Shown: positions 1 to 10,961, counted from the first letter of the stretch. The stretch is 64,000 nucleotides of DNA from an uncultured Collinsella sp. (GCA_902491345.1 CABUHI010000004.1:33306-97305); one strand, 5' to 3'. Notes: a model not told the origin generated them from the letters alone. Program-made: numbers and translations.

Positions 1-1423
1 GGACGAGCGTTCGGGCGAGCGCGATGCCGTCGTGTGCGGCAGGGGTAAAATCTGCGGTTGCGATACGGCGCTCTTCTTTATGGACGCCAACTTTATGATG
101 GGCTCGATGGGTTCCGTGGTGGGCGAGAAGATCTGCCGCACATTTGAGCGTGCGACCGAGCTGGGACTGCCGGTCGTTGGCTTTACCGTATCGGGTGGCG
201 CCCGCATGCAGGAGGGCGTGACCTCGCTCATGCAGATGGCCAAAATCTCTGCGGCGGTTAGGCGCCATAGCGAGGCGGGCGGCCTGTATATCACGGTGCT
301 CACTGACCCCACGACCGGAGGCGTAACCGCGAGCTTTGCCATGGAGGGCGATATTATCCTGGCCGAGCCCGATGCCCTGACGGCATTTGCCGGCCCGCGC
401 GTGATCGAGCAGAACATGCACAAGCGCCTGCCCAAGGGATTCCAGCGCTCCGAGTTTTTGCTGGAGCACGGCTTTTGCGATGCCGTTGTTCCGCGTGGCG
501 AGATTGCGCTCACGGTAGGCGAGCTGCTGGCGCTGCACGAAGGGCACGCGCCCGGCCTGGGGGCACCGCATGAGATCGTGCATACGGGTCGCCGCGGCAA
601 AAAGCTGGGACACTTGTTCAAGCGCTCGGCCGCACCAAAAACCGCGCTCGAGATTGTCAAGCAGACCCGCTCGGCAGATCGCGCCACGGCAGGCGAGATG
701 ATCTCGCTGGGCCTGGATGGATTTGTGGAGCTGCACGGCGACCGCTACTTTGGCGACGACGCTGCTGTGGTGGCTGGCATTGGCTGGAAAGACGGACGCC
801 CCGTAACGGTCATCGCCATCGAGCGCGGCACCACGACCAAAGAGCGCATGCGTCGCAACTTTGGTATGGCACATCCCGAGGGCTACCGCAAAGCGCGTCG
901 CCTGATGCGCCAGGCCGAAAAGTTTGGTCGACCGGTTCTGTGCCTGGTCGATACTTCGGGCGCGTTTTGCGGCATCGGTGCCGAGGAACGCGGCCAGGGT
1001 GAGGCGATTGCCCAGAACCTCATGGAGATGAGCGGCCTTAAGACGCCGATTGTCTCGGTGGTGACAGGCGAGGGCGGCTCTGGTGGCGCGCTGGCGCTGT
1101 CCGTGGCCGACCGCATCCTGATGCTCTCGAGCTCGGCCTATTCGGTCGTGAGCCCCGAGGCCTGTGCGTCGATCCTGTGGAAGGATACCGAGCGCGCGAA
1201 TGAGGCCGCCGAGGCGCTTAAGCTCACGGCCCCCGATCTGCTGGCGCTCGGCATCATCGACGGCATTGTTGACGATAAGGGCCTGTCGCATGAGGAGATC
1301 GCCGGTGCCGTCATGTCCTCGGCATTTGATGCCTTCGATGCGCTTGGGCAGCTCGACGACGCGACCCTCACAAACCTCCGCTACGAAAAGTACCGCGCAA
1401 TCGGTCAGTACCGCACGATGTGA
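1..1423 (+). CDS. accDA: Fused acetyl-CoA carboxylase carboxyltransferase beta/alpha (AccD-AccA), 5'-truncated by window edge
   Basis: AccD motifs ([26 protein letters not shown]) followed in frame by AccA motifs ([20 protein letters not shown]); frame is open to the window start. Confidence 0.92.
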   Translation, partial: DERSGERDAVVCGRGKICGCDTALFFMDANFMMGSMGSVVGEKICRTFERATELGLPVVGFTVSGGARMQEGVTSLMQMAKISAAVRRHSEAGGLYITVLTDPTTGGVTASFAMEGDIILAEPDALTAFAGPRVIEQNMHKRLPKGFQRSEFLLEHGFCDAVVPRGEIALTVGELLALHEGHAPGLGAPHEIVHTGRRGKKLGHLFKRSAAPKTALEIVKQTRSADRATAGEMISLGLDGFVELHGDRYFGDDAAVVAGIGWKDGRPVTVIAIERGTTTKERMRRNFGMAHPEGYRKARRLMRQAEKFGRPVLCLVDTSGAFCGIGAEERGQGEAIAQNLMEMSGLKTPIVSVVTGEGGSGGALALSVADRILMLSSSAYSVVSPEACASILWKDTERANEAAEALKLTAPDLLALGIIDGIVDDKGLSHEEIAGAVMSSAFDAFDALGQLDDATLTNLRYEKYRAIGQYRTM

Positions 1424-1463
1424 CAAAGGGACAGCCCGCATGTCATATTGGGAAAGGCGTTCC

Positions 1464-2678
1464 ATGCTACAAGTTTCTAACACCTCGTTTACAACGTCGG
1501 TTTCATCAAACGCCATGGCCGTGGTCGATTATCTGTCCAAAAGCATGATGTCGGCGCTGCCGTTTATTGTCTGCGCGGCGTTGTTCCGCACCGTCGCCGT
1601 CATTATGGGCGAAGGCATGCTGGGCCTGTGGTCTGCCGATTCCGAAATCTATCGCCTGTTCTACAGTTGGCTCTATAACGCCGGCTACTACTTTTTGCCC
1701 ATCTATCTTGGTTGGGCGGCCGCCCGCCAGCTCGGTTGCTCGGAGCAGCTGGGTATGATGCTGGGCGGCGTATTGATTGCGCCCGATCTGCTCAAGCTCG
1801 TCGATGCCGCATCGACGACGGGGGCATCGATGACTTCCGTGTATGGTCTGCTTCCCGCGGCGGTCAACGATTACACGACGACTGTTATTCCAGTTCTCCT
1901 TTCGGTGCCTGTGCTATGGCGAGTGGAGTGTTTCTTTAAGCGTGTTATCCCTAGGGCCGTGGCGTTTTCGTTTGTTCCGTTTGCGACCATGCTTGTCATG
2001 GTTCCGGTTTCGCTGTGTATTACGGCACCGGCGGGCAGCTATCTGGGCATGCTGTTGGGCCAGCTTATGTTTATGCTTGGCAATTCCGGTGGCATCGTGT
2101 CGCTGCTCACGCTCATGGGGCTTGCCGCGGGCTGGGAGTTCCTAAAGATAGCGGGCGTCAGCAACGTCGTTCTATCGCTTGCGTACGCACAGTTTATGAG
2201 TGTGGGAACGGATTCGTGCATCCTGATTGCCGCGACGATGGCGACGTTCGCCGTTTGGGGCATGCCTTTTGGCGCGTCGCTCCGCGTTGCGGATAAGGAC
2301 GAGAAGGCGCTCATGCTGGGCTACTCAATCTCGGGTGTTCTTGGCGGCGTAAGCGAGCCGGCGCTGTACGGTTGCGGCTTTAAATATGGCAGGTGCCTGA
2401 CGTGCATGGCCATTGGCGGCGCCGTCGGAGGCCTTGTTGCAGCCGTGGGCCACGTTACGGCCTATACCATCGGCATGACGAATGTCCTCATGGTCATTGG
2501 CTTTGCCACGGGCGGCATCTCGAACCTGCTGTGGTGCTGCGCTGCCGGCGGTGTGGCATTTGCGGTGTCTGCGGCGCTGAGCTACTGCTTTGGCGTGGTG
2601 CCGGCGAAGGGACAGGCGATGGGGGACGGAGCCGATTCACCCGAAACCTCGAAGAGCGTGGCCGAAGTAAGCGCGTAA
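1464..2678 (+). CDS. PTS transporter EIIC component (sucrose/beta-glucoside-like), stand-alone
   Basis: Polytopic hydrophobic protein with YFLPIYLG and GVSEPALYG motifs; ATG after GGAAAGG. Confidence 0.8.
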   Translation: MLQVSNTSFTTSVSSNAMAVVDYLSKSMMSALPFIVCAALFRTVAVIMGEGMLGLWSADSEIYRLFYSWLYNAGYYFLPIYLGWAAARQLGCSEQLGMMLGGVLIAPDLLKLVDAASTTGASMTSVYGLLPAAVNDYTTTVIPVLLSVPVLWRVECFFKRVIPRAVAFSFVPFATMLVMVPVSLCITAPAGSYLGMLLGQLMFMLGNSGGIVSLLTLMGLAAGWEFLKIAGVSNVVLSLAYAQFMSVGTDSCILIAATMATFAVWGMPFGASLRVADKDEKALMLGYSISGVLGGVSEPALYGCGFKYGRCLTCMAIGGAVGGLVAAVGHVTAYTIGMTNVLMVIGFATGGISNLLWCCAAGGVAFAVSAALSYCFGVVPAKGQAMGDGADSPETSKSVAEVSA

Positions 2679-2717
2679 ACCTGTGCGACAAAGGACGATT
2701 CCTTTGCCATGCTCCAA

Positions 2718-2748
2718 GGCCGTGGCCCGTGTGGGTCGCGGCCTTTTT
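2718..2748 (+). terminator. Probable intrinsic terminator
   Basis: GC-rich stem (ggccgtggccc...gggtcgcggcc) followed by TTTTT. Confidence 0.6.
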
Positions 2749-2823
2749 GTATCTGAAGGACAAAGTGGCTACACTACAATCCGTTTGAGCAATAGATATA
2801 TATAGGCAGTACCGTGGGGGCTG

Positions 2824-3984
2824 ATGAAGATGGTCGAGTGGATCGTTCGTCGTGCGCAGGGCGACCGTGCGCGCGTGGGCACGTTGACGGGCATGGTGTG
2901 TATTCTCGCTAATGTTGCGCTTTGTGCTGCGAAGGGCGCAATTGGTGTGCTGTCGGGATCGGTTTCGATTGTGGCGGATGCCATGAACAACCTGTCCGAT
3001 GCCAGCTCGAATATCGTGAGCGTGCTGGGCTTTAAGCTGGCGAGCAAGCCGGCGGACCCCGAGCATCCTTACGGACATGGCCGCTACGAGTATCTCTCGG
3101 GTCTGGTCGTGGCGGCGCTCGTGCTGCTGATCGGCGTTGAGCTGGTGAAGTCCTCGGTTGAGCGCATCATCCACCCCGAACCTGTCGAGTTCTCGCTTGC
3201 CCTGGTGGCAGTTCTAGTGCTTTCGATGGTCGTAAAGCTCTGGATGGCGGCCCTCAACCAAAAGCTCGGCGATCGCATTGAGTCCGAGACGCTGCATGCG
3301 ACCGCGCAGGATTCCAAGAACGATGTCCTTGCCACAGGCGCCGTGCTGGCATGTGCGATTGTTTCGCAGGTGACGCACATCAATCTTGACGCATGGGTTG
3401 GCCTTGCCGTTGGCGCCTATATTGGCTGGAGCGGCCTTGAACTTATTCAAGATACGGTGAGCCCGCTTTTGGGCCAGTCACCCGATCCTAAGCTGGTCAA
3501 GCACATTCGAGACAAGATCATGAGCTATCCCGGCGTTTTGGGCGTTCACGATTTGATGGTTCACGACTACGGCCCGGGCAGGAAGTTTGCAAGTGCGCAC
3601 GCCGAGATGGCGGCCGAGGCCAGCCCGCTGGAAAGTCACGACACGCTCGATAACATCGAGCAGTCGTTTAGGAACGAAGACGGCATGATTGTCACACTTC
3701 ACTGCGACCCCATCGTGACCGACGATCCAAAGGTGGCGAGCATGCGCTTGCGCATTCACGCCATGGCTCAGGAGATCGATAGCCGCCTCTCGATTCATGA
3801 CCTGCGTTGTGTGCCGGGTCCTACGCACACCAACGTGATCTTTGACTGCGTGCGTCCCTCGGATCTGCAGATGAGTGCCGAAGACTTAAAGCACGCGCTG
3901 GCGAAACGTGTCGAATCCGAATATCCCAAGTCGATTGCCAAGATTACGATCGATGAAGACTACGTAGGCCATACCCACGAGTAG
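2824..3984 (+). CDS. Cation diffusion facilitator family transporter
   Basis: ADAMNNLSD, PADPEHPYGHGRYE and C-terminal VHDLMVHDYG motifs. Confidence 0.92.
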   Translation: MKMVEWIVRRAQGDRARVGTLTGMVCILANVALCAAKGAIGVLSGSVSIVADAMNNLSDASSNIVSVLGFKLASKPADPEHPYGHGRYEYLSGLVVAALVLLIGVELVKSSVERIIHPEPVEFSLALVAVLVLSMVVKLWMAALNQKLGDRIESETLHATAQDSKNDVLATGAVLACAIVSQVTHINLDAWVGLAVGAYIGWSGLELIQDTVSPLLGQSPDPKLVKHIRDKIMSYPGVLGVHDLMVHDYGPGRKFASAHAEMAAEASPLESHDTLDNIEQSFRNEDGMIVTLHCDPIVTDDPKVASMRLRIHAMAQEIDSRLSIHDLRCVPGPTHTNVIFDCVRPSDLQMSAEDLKHALAKRVESEYPKSIAKITIDEDYVGHTHE

Positions 3985-4023
3985 GGCTGCGCCGGTAAAG
4001 CTAGGTATACAGAAGGGGAGAGC

Positions 4024-4650
4024 ATGAAGCGCCTATATCTACTTCGTCATGGCCAGACGGAATTCAACGTAAAAAAGCTGGTCCAAGGTCGTTGTGATTC
4101 ACCGCTCACCAATTTGGGTCGTCAACAGGCACAGACAGCAGCCGCATGGCTCAAGGCCCACGGCGTCGTCCCCAACAAAGTGGTCTCATCACCCTTAGGC
4201 CGAGCCATGGACACAGCTCAGCTCGTCGCATGCGAGCTCATCGGCCCGGACACAGCAGTCGAGCCCTGCGAAGGCATCATCGAGCGCTGCTACGGCACCT
4301 TCGAAGAGGGCCCGCACGACGCGCTACCCACCGACGTCTGGGATCCAGGCGAGGACTTAATCCCATTCGGAGGAGAAGGAAGCCAGGCGCTGCAAGAGCG
4401 CATGGTAGACACCCTCACCAATATCATAGGCGCCGATGGTATCGAAACCCTTCTAGCAGTAAGCCACGGCAGCGCCAGCCGCCAATTCATCAAGGCTGCA
4501 GCCCCAGAGGGCTTCGAGCTCCCAGCAAAACTCCCCAACTGCGCCATCATGATCTTCGATTTCGATGAGGCAAAGCTACAAGCAGAAGGCGAGCCTTATC
4601 AATGTAAGTTCACCCTTCAGCAAATAGTGGACCCCCAACAAAGTCATTAG
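4024..4650 (+). CDS. Histidine phosphatase (phosphoglycerate mutase family)
   Basis: LLRHGQT, SSPLGRA and VSHG motifs. Confidence 0.92.
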   Translation: MKRLYLLRHGQTEFNVKKLVQGRCDSPLTNLGRQQAQTAAAWLKAHGVVPNKVVSSPLGRAMDTAQLVACELIGPDTAVEPCEGIIERCYGTFEEGPHDALPTDVWDPGEDLIPFGGEGSQALQERMVDTLTNIIGADGIETLLAVSHGSASRQFIKAAAPEGFELPAKLPNCAIMIFDFDEAKLQAEGEPYQCKFTLQQIVDPQQSH

Positions 4651-4680
4651 CCTGAACGAGCAAGGTTTAGCAGACATCAA

Positions 4681-4860
4681 CGTGGCGTTCCCAGCGTGCG
4701 GCGGAGGGGAGGCGGGCCTGAGACATATTAAGGTTGTCGCGAGTTCCGCACGAACAGGAGAGCACTTAATGTGCTCTCCGTCGTGAGCAGGACTGTAGAG
4801 CAGCAACCTTAATATGTCTCAGGCCCGCCCCCCTCCGCCGCACACTGGGAACGTGCCACG
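4681..4860. repeat. 180-bp palindromic element with ~56-bp inverted arms and an internal hairpin
   Basis: 4681-4736 is a near-perfect reverse complement of 4804-4860; central GGAGAGCAC-ttaat-GTGCTCTCC hairpin. Confidence 0.85.
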
Positions 4861-4902
4861 CACTTTACCTGCGTAAACAATGTGAGTGAAATATGAATCT
4901 CG

Positions 4903-4929
4903 ATGGATACGCCCGCAGCCGTGTATACT
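4903..4929 (+). promoter_or_regulatory. Putative rplC promoter motif (TG-TATACT -10-like)
   Basis: 23/26 identical to the motif at 6768-6793 upstream of rplB. Confidence 0.55.
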
Positions 4930-5112
4930 AAACAGCTGTGTGAAACCAGGGGAGTATTCTGGCTGGACAAAATGCCTGCTTAATAGGGTTGTCAGGTAGT
5001 CCGGGCGAAATACAAGGCTGGGGAGCACGTCGTGTAAGTAGTGGTCCTCTAGGGGCGTACGCTCGGTGGTGTACGCATTGTCCCAAGACCACGCGAGAGT
5101 TGGGATCATATC

Positions 5113-5733
5113 TTGATCAGCATGATTCTCGGCCGCAAGATTGGCATGACCCAGGTTTGGGACGAGGACGACAACGTCGTTCCCGTCACGGTCATCCAGG
5201 CTGGCCCCTGCGCTGTCTCGCAGGTTAAAACTCAGGCAACCGACGGCTATGACGCCGTCCAGATCGGTTTCGGCGACATCAAGGCCAAGAACGTGAACAA
5301 GCCCATGGCTGGTCACTTCGCCAAGGCTGGCGTCGAGCCTGTCCGTTTCCTTCGTGAGGTCCGCGTCGAGAACGGCGAGGAGCACAAGGTCGGCGAGGTC
5401 GTCACCGTCGCTGATTTCGCTGATGTCGAGAAGGTCGACGTCATCGGTACCTCCAAGGGTAAGGGCTTCCAGGGTCGCATCAAGCGCTGGGGTCAGCGCC
5501 GCGGTCCTATGACGCATGGTTCTCACTTCCAGCGTCACCCCGGTTCTATCGGTCAGTGCGCCTATCCTGCGCGCGTCCTCAAGGGCGTCAAGATGGCCGG
5601 TCACATGGGTAACGAGCGCGTTACCGTCAAGAACCTTTCCGTTGTCCGCATCGATGCCGAGCAGAACCTCATCTTGGTCAAGGGCGCTGTCCCGGGTGCC
5701 AAGAATGGTCTCGTCGCCATCCGTATGGCCTAA
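5113..5733 (+). CDS. rplC: 50S ribosomal protein L3
   Basis: [23 protein letters not shown]; start may be ATG 5122. Confidence 0.98.
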   Translation: MISMILGRKIGMTQVWDEDDNVVPVTVIQAGPCAVSQVKTQATDGYDAVQIGFGDIKAKNVNKPMAGHFAKAGVEPVRFLREVRVENGEEHKVGEVVTVADFADVEKVDVIGTSKGKGFQGRIKRWGQRRGPMTHGSHFQRHPGSIGQCAYPARVLKGVKMAGHMGNERVTVKNLSVVRIDAEQNLILVKGAVPGAKNGLVAIRMA

Positions 5734-5779
5734 GGGCCCAGCCCATTTAGCCCAGCGTCATACCAAGGAGAACACTTAA

Positions 5780-6406
5780 ATGGCAAAGTTTGAAGTAAAG
5801 AACAGCGAGGGCAAGAAGGTCGCCGAGGCCGAGCTCGCCGCTGAGGTGTACGGCATCGAGCCGAACATCCACGTTATGCACCACATCGTCAAGTGCCAGA
5901 TGGCCTCTTGGCGTCAGGGCACCCAGTCTGCTAAGGGTCGCTCTGAGGTTTCCGGTGGCGGCAAGAAGCCTTGGCGTCAGAAGGGCACCGGCCGTGCCCG
6001 CCAGGGTTCCATCCGTGCTGCCCAGTGGCGTCACGGTGGCGTTGTCTTCGCCCCCAAGCCCCGTTCCTACGCTAAGCGTATGAACAACAAGGAGGTCAAG
6101 CTGGCTATGCGCTCCGCGCTGTCCGCCAAGCTGGCCGATGGCGAGCTCGTGCTCGTCGACGACTACGGCTTCGAGAAGCCTTCCACCAAGGCTGCCGTCG
6201 CCATGCTCAAGGCTCTCGGCCTTGAGGGCAAGCGTCTGACCATCATCGTTCGCGATGAGGACGTCAACGCCTACCTGTCGTTCCGCAACATTCCCAAGAC
6301 GTTCATCATCACCGCTGACGAGGCCAACACCTACGATCTCGTCAACAACAACGCTGTGCTGATGCCCGCCGACATCGCCGCTCACTTCGGGGAGGTGCTT
6401 GCATAA
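5780..6406 (+). CDS. rplD: 50S ribosomal protein L4
   Basis: KKPWRQKGTGRARQGS. Confidence 0.98.
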   Translation: MAKFEVKNSEGKKVAEAELAAEVYGIEPNIHVMHHIVKCQMASWRQGTQSAKGRSEVSGGGKKPWRQKGTGRARQGSIRAAQWRHGGVVFAPKPRSYAKRMNNKEVKLAMRSALSAKLADGELVLVDDYGFEKPSTKAAVAMLKALGLEGKRLTIIVRDEDVNAYLSFRNIPKTFIITADEANTYDLVNNNAVLMPADIAAHFGEVLA

Positions 6407-6694
6407 ATGACCGCCCACGAGATCATCATCCGTCCGATCGTGTCCGAGCGTTCCTTCTCCGGCATGGAGCTGAACAAGTACACGTTCGAGGTCGCCAAGG
6501 ATGCTAACAAGTATCAGATCAAGGACGCTGTCGAGGAGATCTTCGGCGTCAAGGTCGTTCGCGTGAACACCCTGACGGTCAAGCCCAAGACCAAGCGCGT
6601 GCGCTATGTCGCCGGCAAGACCCGTTCTTGGAAGAAGGCCATCGTCACGCTGGCCGAGGGCGACACCATCGAGGTCTTTGGCAACCAGGCCTAA
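6407..6694 (+). CDS. rplW: 50S ribosomal protein L23
   Basis: KYTFEV, WKKAIVTL; operon order. Confidence 0.98.
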   Translation: MTAHEIIIRPIVSERSFSGMELNKYTFEVAKDANKYQIKDAVEEIFGVKVVRVNTLTVKPKTKRVRYVAGKTRSWKKAIVTLAEGDTIEVFGNQA

Positions 6695-6767
6695 GACTCG
6701 CTGCTGTTGAGTGAGCTCATGCCTCCCAAATAGGGGAGGCGGGAGCTCAAGGTTTCGGGCGTATTAA

Positions 6768-6794
6768 ATGGACACGCCCGGAACCGTGTATACG
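6768..6794 (+). promoter_or_regulatory. Putative internal promoter motif upstream of rplB
   Basis: Near copy of 4903-4928; follows a GC hairpin (~6713-6748) after rplW. Confidence 0.5.
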
Positions 6795-6873
6795 TCCGGT
6801 GTCATCGCACCCGAGGCAGAACCTCGAATCCCTGTCTGCGATGGCTAACGGATTCCTATTGAAAGGGATTGTA

Positions 6874-7704
6874 ATGGCTGTAAAGCACCTTAAGCCGACC
6901 TCCGCTGGTAGGCGTTGGCAGACGATCTCCGACTTCTCCGAGATCACCTGCACCAAGCCCGAGAAGTCTCTTCTCGAGCCCCTGCCCAAGAAGGCCGGTC
7001 GTAACAACAACGGCCGCATCACTACCCGCCACCAGGGCGGCGGCGTGAAGCGTCGTTACCGCGTGATCGACTTCAAGCGCAACAAGGACGGCGTGCCCGC
7101 CAAGGTTGCCACGATCGAGTACGATCCGAACCGTTCCGCTCGCATCGCTCTGCTGCACTACGCTGACGGTGAGAAGCGCTACATCCTGGCCCCCAAGGGC
7201 CTCGAGGTCGGTCAGACCATCATGTCCGGTTCTGACGCCGACATCAAGCCGGGCAACGCTCTGCCCCTCGCCGACATCCCCGTCGGTACGCTCATCCACG
7301 CCGTCGAGTTCCAGCCGGGCAAGGGCGCTGCTATCGCCCGTTCCGCCGGCAACTCCTGCCAGCTGATGGGTAAGGAGGGCAAGTACGCTATCGTCCGTAT
7401 GCCTTCCTCCGAGATGCGCCGCATCCTCGTTACCTGCCGCGCCACCGTCGGTGAGGTCGGCAACGCCGATCACTCCAACATCGTCATCGGCAAGGCCGGC
7501 CGTAAGCGTCACATGAACGTGCGCCCGACCGTCCGCGGTACCGTCATGAACCCTGTCGACCACCCGCACGGCGGTGGCGAGGGCAAGAACCACACCTCTG
7601 GTCGTCCCTCCGTTACCCCCTGGGGTAAGCCGACGAAGGGCCTTCGTACGCGCAAGAAGAAGAAGGTCTCGAACCAGCACATCATTCGTCGCCGTAAGAA
7701 GTAA
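6874..7704 (+). CDS. rplB: 50S ribosomal protein L2
   Basis: [38 protein letters not shown] after GAAAGGG. Confidence 0.98.
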   Translation: MAVKHLKPTSAGRRWQTISDFSEITCTKPEKSLLEPLPKKAGRNNNGRITTRHQGGGVKRRYRVIDFKRNKDGVPAKVATIEYDPNRSARIALLHYADGEKRYILAPKGLEVGQTIMSGSDADIKPGNALPLADIPVGTLIHAVEFQPGKGAAIARSAGNSCQLMGKEGKYAIVRMPSSEMRRILVTCRATVGEVGNADHSNIVIGKAGRKRHMNVRPTVRGTVMNPVDHPHGGGEGKNHTSGRPSVTPWGKPTKGLRTRKKKKVSNQHIIRRRKK

Positions 7705-7736
7705 TTTCGGATACCGAGTTTTAGGAGAAAGCACTT

Positions 7737-7997
7737 ATGAGCAGAAGTCTCAAAAAGGGCCCGTTCGTGGAGACTCGCCTTCTCTCGCGTATCACCGCGA
7801 TGAACGAGGCTGGCAAGAAGGACGTCGTGAAGACCTGGTCCCGCGCGTCCACCATCTTCCCCGAGATGGTTGGTCACACCATCGCCGTCCACGACGGCCG
7901 CAAGCATGTGCCCGTGTATGTTACCGAGTCCATGGTTGGTCACAAGCTCGGCGAGTTCGCGCCGACTCGTACGTTCCGTGGCCACAAGGCCAAATAG
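7737..7997 (+). CDS. rpsS: 30S ribosomal protein S19
   Basis: [22 protein letters not shown]. Confidence 0.98.
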   Translation: MSRSLKKGPFVETRLLSRITAMNEAGKKDVVKTWSRASTIFPEMVGHTIAVHDGRKHVPVYVTESMVGHKLGEFAPTRTFRGHKAK

Positions 7998-8011
7998 GGG
8001 GTTAACCGTAA

Positions 8012-8383
8012 ATGGCAACTAAGTCTATTGAAACTGAGGCCACCGAGGTTCGCGCCGTCGCTAAGTACGTGCGTGTTTCCCCCAGCAAGGCCCGCCTGGT
8101 GGTCGATCTGATCCGCCGCAAGCCTGTCGCTCAGGCCTTCGACATCCTCCACTTCTGCGACCGCGCCGTCGCCGTGGATGTCGAGAAGGTTCTCCGTTCC
8201 GCCGTTGCGAACGCCGAGAACAACAACGGTCTGCGTGCCGACAACCTGGTTGTCGCCGCTGCCTATGTTGACGAGGGTCCGACGCTTAAGCGCATCCGTC
8301 CCCGCGCCAAGGGTTCCGCTTCTCGCATTCTGAAGCGTACTTCCCACATCACCGTCGTCGTTGCTCCTCGAAAGGAGGCGTAA
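8012..8383 (+). CDS. rplV: 50S ribosomal protein L22
   Basis: [23 protein letters not shown]. Confidence 0.98.
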   Translation: MATKSIETEATEVRAVAKYVRVSPSKARLVVDLIRRKPVAQAFDILHFCDRAVAVDVEKVLRSAVANAENNNGLRADNLVVAAAYVDEGPTLKRIRPRAKGSASRILKRTSHITVVVAPRKEA

Positions 8384-8389
8384 AGCTGT

Positions 8390-9100
8390 ATGGGTCAGAA
8401 AGTCTACCCCACCGGCTTCCGTCTTGGCATCACCGAGAACTGGCGCTCCCGCTGGTTCGCAGAGAAGGATTACGCTAAGACCCTCGGTAACGATCTCGAG
8501 ATCCGCAAGTACCTCGAGAAGCGTCTTTCCCGCGCAGCTGTCTCCCGCGTCGAGATCGAGCGCGCTGGCGACAAGGTGAAGGTCATCATCCTCACCGCTC
8601 GCCCCGGCGTTGTCATCGGTAAGAAGGGTGCCGAGATCGATACCCTCCGCACCGAGCTCGAGAAGGTCGCTGGCGTCTCCAAGGGCCAGCTCTCCGTCGA
8701 CGTTGTCGAGATCAAGCGCCCCGAGCTCGACGCCAACCTCGTTGCTCAGTCTATCGCCGAGCAGCTCGAGGGCCGCGTTGCCTTCCGTCGCGCTATGCGC
8801 AAGGCTGTCCAGTCCGCCCGCAAGGCCGGCGCCAAGGGCATCCGTATCCAGTGCTCCGGTCGTCTCGGCGGTGCCGAGATGGGCCGTCGTGAGTGGTACC
8901 GCGAGGGTCGCGTGCCTCTGCACACCCTCCGCGCCAAGATCGACTACGGCACGGCTGTCGCCAGCACCACCATGGGCGCTTGCGGCGTGAAGGTCTGGAT
9001 CTACCTGGGCGAGAAGCTCCCGGGCCAGCCTGTTCCCAACCCTGCACTCGAGGGCTCTTCCCGTCCTCGTCGTCGTAACTCCGAGAGGAGGGGTCAGTAG
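8390..9100 (+). CDS. rpsC: 30S ribosomal protein S3
   Basis: [27 protein letters not shown]. Confidence 0.98.
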   Translation: MGQKVYPTGFRLGITENWRSRWFAEKDYAKTLGNDLEIRKYLEKRLSRAAVSRVEIERAGDKVKVIILTARPGVVIGKKGAEIDTLRTELEKVAGVSKGQLSVDVVEIKRPELDANLVAQSIAEQLEGRVAFRRAMRKAVQSARKAGAKGIRIQCSGRLGGAEMGRREWYREGRVPLHTLRAKIDYGTAVASTTMGACGVKVWIYLGEKLPGQPVPNPALEGSSRPRRRNSERRGQ

Positions 9101-9603
9101 TGCTTGCCCCTAAGCGTATTCTTCACCGCAAGGTGCAGCGTGGCTCCATGAAGGGCCAGGCCAAGGGTAATACCGAGCTGCATTTCGGCGAGTTTGGTAT
9201 CCAGGCTCTCGAGGCCCATTGGATTACCAACCGTCAGATCGAGGCCGCTCGTATTGCCATGACCCGCTACATGAAGCGTGGCGGTCGTGTCTACATCACG
9301 ATCTTCCCCGATAAGCCCATCACCAAGAAGCCTGCCGAGACTCGCATGGGTTCTGGTAAGGGTAACCCCGAGGAGTGGGTGGCCGTCGTCAAGCCCGGCC
9401 GCATCATGTTCGAGGTCAAGGGCGTGCCCGAGGAGGTCGCTCGCGAGGCTCTGCGTCTTGCACAGCACAAGCTTCCCATCAAGACCAAGATTGTTGCTGC
9501 CAAGAACGCTGAGCAGCGCATCGAGAAGGAGATGGCTGAGGAGGCCGCTCTCGAGGCCAAGTGGGCTGCTGAGGACGCCGCCGCCGCCAAGGAGGAGAAC
9601 TAA
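9100..9603 (+). CDS. rplP: 50S ribosomal protein L16 with acidic C-terminal extension
   Basis: [22 protein letters not shown]. Confidence 0.98.
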   Translation: MLAPKRILHRKVQRGSMKGQAKGNTELHFGEFGIQALEAHWITNRQIEAARIAMTRYMKRGGRVYITIFPDKPITKKPAETRMGSGKGNPEEWVAVVKPGRIMFEVKGVPEEVAREALRLAQHKLPIKTKIVAAKNAEQRIEKEMAEEAALEAKWAAEDAAAAKEEN

Positions 9604-9818
9604 TGAAGCCCGCAGAGATTCGTGAGCTCTCGGACGCTCAGCTCGTTGAGAAGCTGAAGGAAATGCGCGCCGAGCTCTTTAACCTTCGTTTCCAGATGGC
9701 CACCAGCCAGCTGGACAACACCGCTCGCGTCAACACCGTGAAGAAGGACATCGCTCGCGTCCTCACGGAGCAGCGCGCCCGCGAGATCGCAGCGGAGAAG
9801 TCCGCTGTCGCCGAGTAG
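9603..9818 (+). CDS. rpmC: 50S ribosomal protein L29
   Basis: ELFNLRFQ, KDIARVLT. Confidence 0.97.
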   Translation: MKPAEIRELSDAQLVEKLKEMRAELFNLRFQMATSQLDNTARVNTVKKDIARVLTEQRAREIAAEKSAVAE

Positions 9819-9834
9819 GACCTAAGGAGAGAAC

Positions 9835-10095
9835 ATGACTGATTCGCGTAACTCGCGTAAGGTCCGTACGGGTGTCGTTACCTCCGTCTCCGGTGCCAAG
9901 ACCATTGTTGTCACCATCACCGAGCGCAAGCGTCACCCCAAGTACGGCAAGATGATGACCAGCTCCAAGAAGCTGCACGCTCACGACGAGGAGTGCACGG
10001 CTGGCGTGGGCGATACCGTCCGCGTTATGGAGACCCGTCCTATGTCCAAGATGAAGCGTTGGCGCCTCATCGAGGTCGTCGAGCGCGCTAAATAA
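9835..10095 (+). CDS. rpsQ: 30S ribosomal protein S17
   Basis: HPKYGK, ETRPMSKMKRW. Confidence 0.98.
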   Translation: MTDSRNSRKVRTGVVTSVSGAKTIVVTITERKRHPKYGKMMTSSKKLHAHDEECTAGVGDTVRVMETRPMSKMKRWRLIEVVERAK

Positions 10096-10213
10096 GCAGT
10101 CGCTCTTACGACTTGTACGTTTCCGAAGATGTGCGTATGCCTGGCTTGCATACCACGGGCCGTATAAAGGCTGCGCACCTCTCTTCGGTTCTTAGTTCGG
10201 AGGAACATCTACC

Positions 10214-10582
10214 ATGATTCAGATGCAAACCATGCTGAACGTCGCCGACAACTCCGGCGCTCGCAAGATTCGCTGCATCAAGGTGCTTGGCGGTTCCAAG
10301 CGTCGTTATGCAGGCATCGGCGATGTGTTCATCGGTGCTGTCCAGGAGGCTACCCCTGGCGCCAACGTCAAGAAGAAGGACGTTGTCCGTTGCGTCGTCG
10401 TTCGCACCGTTAAGGAGATCCGCCGCAAGGATGGCTCCTACATTCGCTTTGATGAGAACGCCTGCGTTGTCATCAACAACGATGGTTCGCCCGTCGGCAC
10501 CCGTATCTTCGGGCCCGTCGCTCGCGAGCTTCGTGACAAGAAGTACATGAAGATCGTCTCGCTCGCTCCCGAGACCCTGTAG
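10214..10582 (+). CDS. rplN: 50S ribosomal protein L14
   Basis: [20 protein letters not shown]. Confidence 0.98.
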   Translation: MIQMQTMLNVADNSGARKIRCIKVLGGSKRRYAGIGDVFIGAVQEATPGANVKKKDVVRCVVVRTVKEIRRKDGSYIRFDENACVVINNDGSPVGTRIFGPVARELRDKKYMKIVSLAPETL

Positions 10583-10595
10583 TTAGGGGAGATAT

Positions 10596-10901
10596 ATGTA
10601 TATCAAGAAGGGCGATAAGGTCCAGGTTCTCTCTGGTAAGGATCGCGGCAAGCAGGGCGTTATCCTGCGTGCTCTCCCCGCCGAGAACAAGGTCGTTGTC
10701 GAGGGCGTTTCGGTCGTCAAGAAGGCCGTCAAGCCCAACGCTGCCAACCAGCAGGGCGGCATCGTTTCGCAGGAGGCTCCCATCGACGCCTCCAACGTCA
10801 ATCTCGTTTGCCCCGAGTGCGGTAAGGTTACCCGCGTCGGTCACGAGAAGGACGGCAAGAACAAGCTGCGCGTCTGCAAGAAGTGCGGCCACAAGTTCTA
10901 A
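10596..10901 (+). CDS. rplX: 50S ribosomal protein L24
   Basis: [26 protein letters not shown]; CxxC..CxxC zinc-ribbon type. Confidence 0.98.
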   Translation: MYIKKGDKVQVLSGKDRGKQGVILRALPAENKVVVEGVSVVKKAVKPNAANQQGGIVSQEAPIDASNVNLVCPECGKVTRVGHEKDGKNKLRVCKKCGHKF

Positions 10902-10927
10902 GCTGCCCGCAACATCAAGTTGCTAGC

Positions 10928-10961
10928 AAAGGCCCGGATGCCACGGCACCCGGGCTTTTTT
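10928..10961 (+). terminator. Intrinsic terminator after rplX
   Basis: gcccgg-atgcc..ggcac-ccgggc stem followed by TTTTTT. Confidence 0.85.
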
